DNA from: Macrostomum lignano
Taxonomy: Eukaryota
Assembly (NCBI GenBank): GCA_002269645.1
Contig: NIVC01000659.1
Location: forward strand, 248,001-312,000
Length of the DNA stretch: 64,000 nt
Direction of reading: 5' to 3'
Part shown: positions 61,830 through 64,000 of the stretch, piece after piece
How the letters are laid out: each line of letters opens with the position of its first letter
How positions within the stretch are numbered: position 1 is the stretch's first letter
Translations under genes and position numbers: made by a program
The notes under the pieces: generated by a model
Database searches by the model: none
What the model was told of the DNA's origin: nothing
What the model saw: the letters and a program-made list of their open reading frames with translations, nothing else

Positions 61830-62800
61830 TCTGCGACTTAACTCAGTCCTGCTGCGACTTACCTCGGCCCTGCTGCGACTTAGCTCGCCCTCAGTGCGAC
61901 TTAGCTCTCGCTCGGTGCGACTTAGCTCGCCCTCGGTGCGACTTAGCTCGGTCCTGCTGCGACTTAGTGCGACTTAGCTCTCGCTCGGTGCGACTTAGTT
62001 CGCCCTCGGTGCGACTTAGCTCGGTCCTGCTGCGACTTAGCTCGCCCTCGGTGCGACTTAGCTTGGTCCTGCTGCGACTTAGTGCGACTTAGCTCTCGCT
62101 CGGTGCGACTTAGTTCGCCCTCGGTGCGACTTAGCTCGCCCTTAGTGCGACTTAGCTCGGTCCTGCTGCGACATAGCTCGCCCTCAGTGCGACTTAGCTC
62201 TCGCTCGGTGCGAGTTAGTTCGCCCTCGGTGCGACTTAGCTCGGTCCTGCTGCAACTTAGCTCGCCCTCGGTGCGACTTAGCTTGGTCCTGCTGCGACTT
62301 AGTGCGACTTAGCTCTCGCTCGGTGTGACTTAGTTCGCCCTCGGTGCAACTTAGCTCGGTCCTGCTGCGACTTAGCTCGCCCTCAGTGCGACTTAGCTCT
62401 CGCTCGGTGCAACTTAGTTCGCCCTCGGTGCGACTTAGCTCGGTCCTGCTGCAACTTAGCTCGCCCTCGGTGCGACTTAGCTTGGTCCTGCTGCGACTTA
62501 GTGCGACTTAGCTCTCGCTCGGTGCGACTTAGCTCGGTCCTGCTGCGACTTAGTGCGACTTAGCTCTCGCTCGGTGCGACTTAGCTCGGTCCTGCTGCGA
62601 CTTAGTGCGACTTAGCTCTCACTCGGTGCGACTTATTTTGCCCTCGGTGCAACTTAGCTCGCCCTTAGTGCGACTTAGCTCTCGCTCGGTGCAACTTAGT
62701 TCGCCCTCTATGCAACTTAGCTCGGTCCTGCTGCGACTTAGCTTGCCATCGGGTGCGACTTAGCTCGCCCTCGGTGCGACTTACCTTGTCTTCAGTGCTG
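61830..62800. repeat. Subterminal array built on a GCGACTTAG core (units ~12-26 bp) just inside the right TIR of the hAT element
   Basis: Direct inspection; the same motif occurs in the left end (55126-55180) and in the MITE (63525-63532). Confidence 0.93.
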
Positions 62801-63309
62801 CAACTTACAGCACTTACAACTCTTTTTGTGTTTTTTTCTTTCTCTTTGCTCCCTTTTTCTCGTTTTTTCCTTTTCCTTTCCCCTTTTTTGTCTTTTGTTT
62901 TTTCGTTTCTTTTGGCGGTTAATCAATTTTGTGACTTACTTGGTTGGCCGCCAAATTGGTGGGCCAGATCGGCCGACTCGTCCGACTGTTGCACATGTAT
63001 GGGTCTAGTTTTATCATTTATAAATACACTATGCACCATATAAGCTAAATTAAATAAAAGTAGTACAATTTTTTTACAACAATCTTTTTAATATTTTAAA
63101 GCAGTTTTTATTTCTTTGGTAGAAAAATAGCAAAAATTTTAGTTATTTGTCTAGTTATTAGATAGATAGCTATTTCATTATTCATTTAAAGAAATGTCCA
63201 TAGTCAGAAAGGTGTCTTATATGCCAGAATTTTCTAGTATGCATTAGCCTTTTATAGTTTATTGGCTTTCATATTTGGCATGCTTGAATCCTAAAAAGTT
63301 GTATTTTTA

Positions 63310-63567
63310 CATACATGTGCAACTGCTGGCCGATCTGACCACTGTAAATTATGATGGACCAGGGGTAAGGTGCAAAAATGCCTACCACAAAGAATACAGA
63401 TGTAGTACTAATTAGATGACGAGGCATTTAGCCCTTATAAGACAGTCATAGTTACTTCTACAAAGTTGTGTTAATGTCGCTTTAGGGTTTCTTTCACAGT
63501 TAAGTTGAATTTTTGGTCAAAAAGTAAGTCGCATGGCCATTGTAAATCAGGGGGGTTCGCATGTATA
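63310..63567 (-). mobile_element. 258-bp MITE of the same hAT family, inverted relative to the large element
   Basis: Starts CATACATGTGCAAC and ends GGTTCGCATGTATA; perfect 8-bp TSD TATTTTTA (63302-63309 and 63568-63575); its reverse complement aligns along its length with 55092-55380. Confidence 0.9.
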
Positions 63568-64000
63568 TATTTTTATATATAAAGAGTGATATAAAAAGCC
63601 ATTTAATAGGGAACCAGTTAATTTAGTGAGGTTGACTTGGTGATAAGCAATTTAGCAACAGTCAGTTTGGTAAGGGGGTGGTTAAAATAGAACAGTAATT
63701 TGTTATCTATTGCATTGAGTTTGCATATTTACTCTGATTTCAAAAAAGCCAAAATGTAATTCCACATACTAGTGTTCTACTATAAAGAGGGTCCATGTAC
63801 CATAACTATAGCTGTAAGCAAAACTATGGGATATTCTAATTCTCCATATTCCATAGCCATAGGGACCCCAATATTACTATATTCCCATAGTTCCTGTAGC
63901 CATATCTATAGTTTTAGCAAAGTCTAGAAAACAAAATATTTTAAATAAAGAGAACCTAGTGCTTAAACAATTGCAAATTAAGTTAGAAAATAAAATAAAC

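Larger units (their letters stand above)
55092..63001 (+). mobile_element. 7,910-bp hAT DNA transposon
   Basis: TIR CATACATGCGCAAC (55092) vs GTTGCACATGTATG (ending 63001), 13/14 match; perfect 8-bp TSD GGTCTAGT at 55084-55091 and 63002-63009; contains a hAT transposase gene. Confidence 0.92.

Noticed and set aside
55094-63565. Alternative reading as one element with ~270-bp TIRs and a TA target duplication
   Set aside because: Perfect 8-bp TSDs define two separate hAT insertions (55092-63001 and 63310-63567).

Overview
Eukaryotic (metazoan) genomic DNA. Compact GC-rich exons sit in introns filled with private minisatellites, a style that suggests a macrostomid flatworm such as Macrostomum (inference only). 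Host genes reconstructed by hand from GT-AG boundaries and phase continuity: (1) first coding exon of an SLC22/organic-cation-transporter-like MFS gene (minus, runs off the left edge); (2) a complete 3-exon Emx homeobox gene (minus); (3) an 11-exon TTLL6/TTLL13-like tubulin polyglutamylase (plus), head-to-head with Emx; (4) a 4-exon SEC13 (minus); (5) a nucleobindin (NUCB1/2-like, minus) with two pairs of tandemly duplicated exons, one pair necessarily mutually exclusive, and a His-rich coding-minisatellite tail. The right end holds a 7.9-kb hAT transposon (14-bp TIRs, perfect 8-bp TSD GGTCTAGT). Its spliced, now disabled ORF fuses a signal peptide and a lamin-tail-domain-like module to a ZNF862/KIAA1586-type transposase, and a cognate 258-bp MITE with its own perfect TSD lies next to it. 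Three copies of a tRNA-headed SINE, several other MITEs and about 30 tandem arrays are present. Several arrays can be traced to TE target-site duplications or TE terminal motifs. Most long ORFs in the supplied track are artefacts of tandem repeats. Family assignments come from recalled motifs; no database searches were run.
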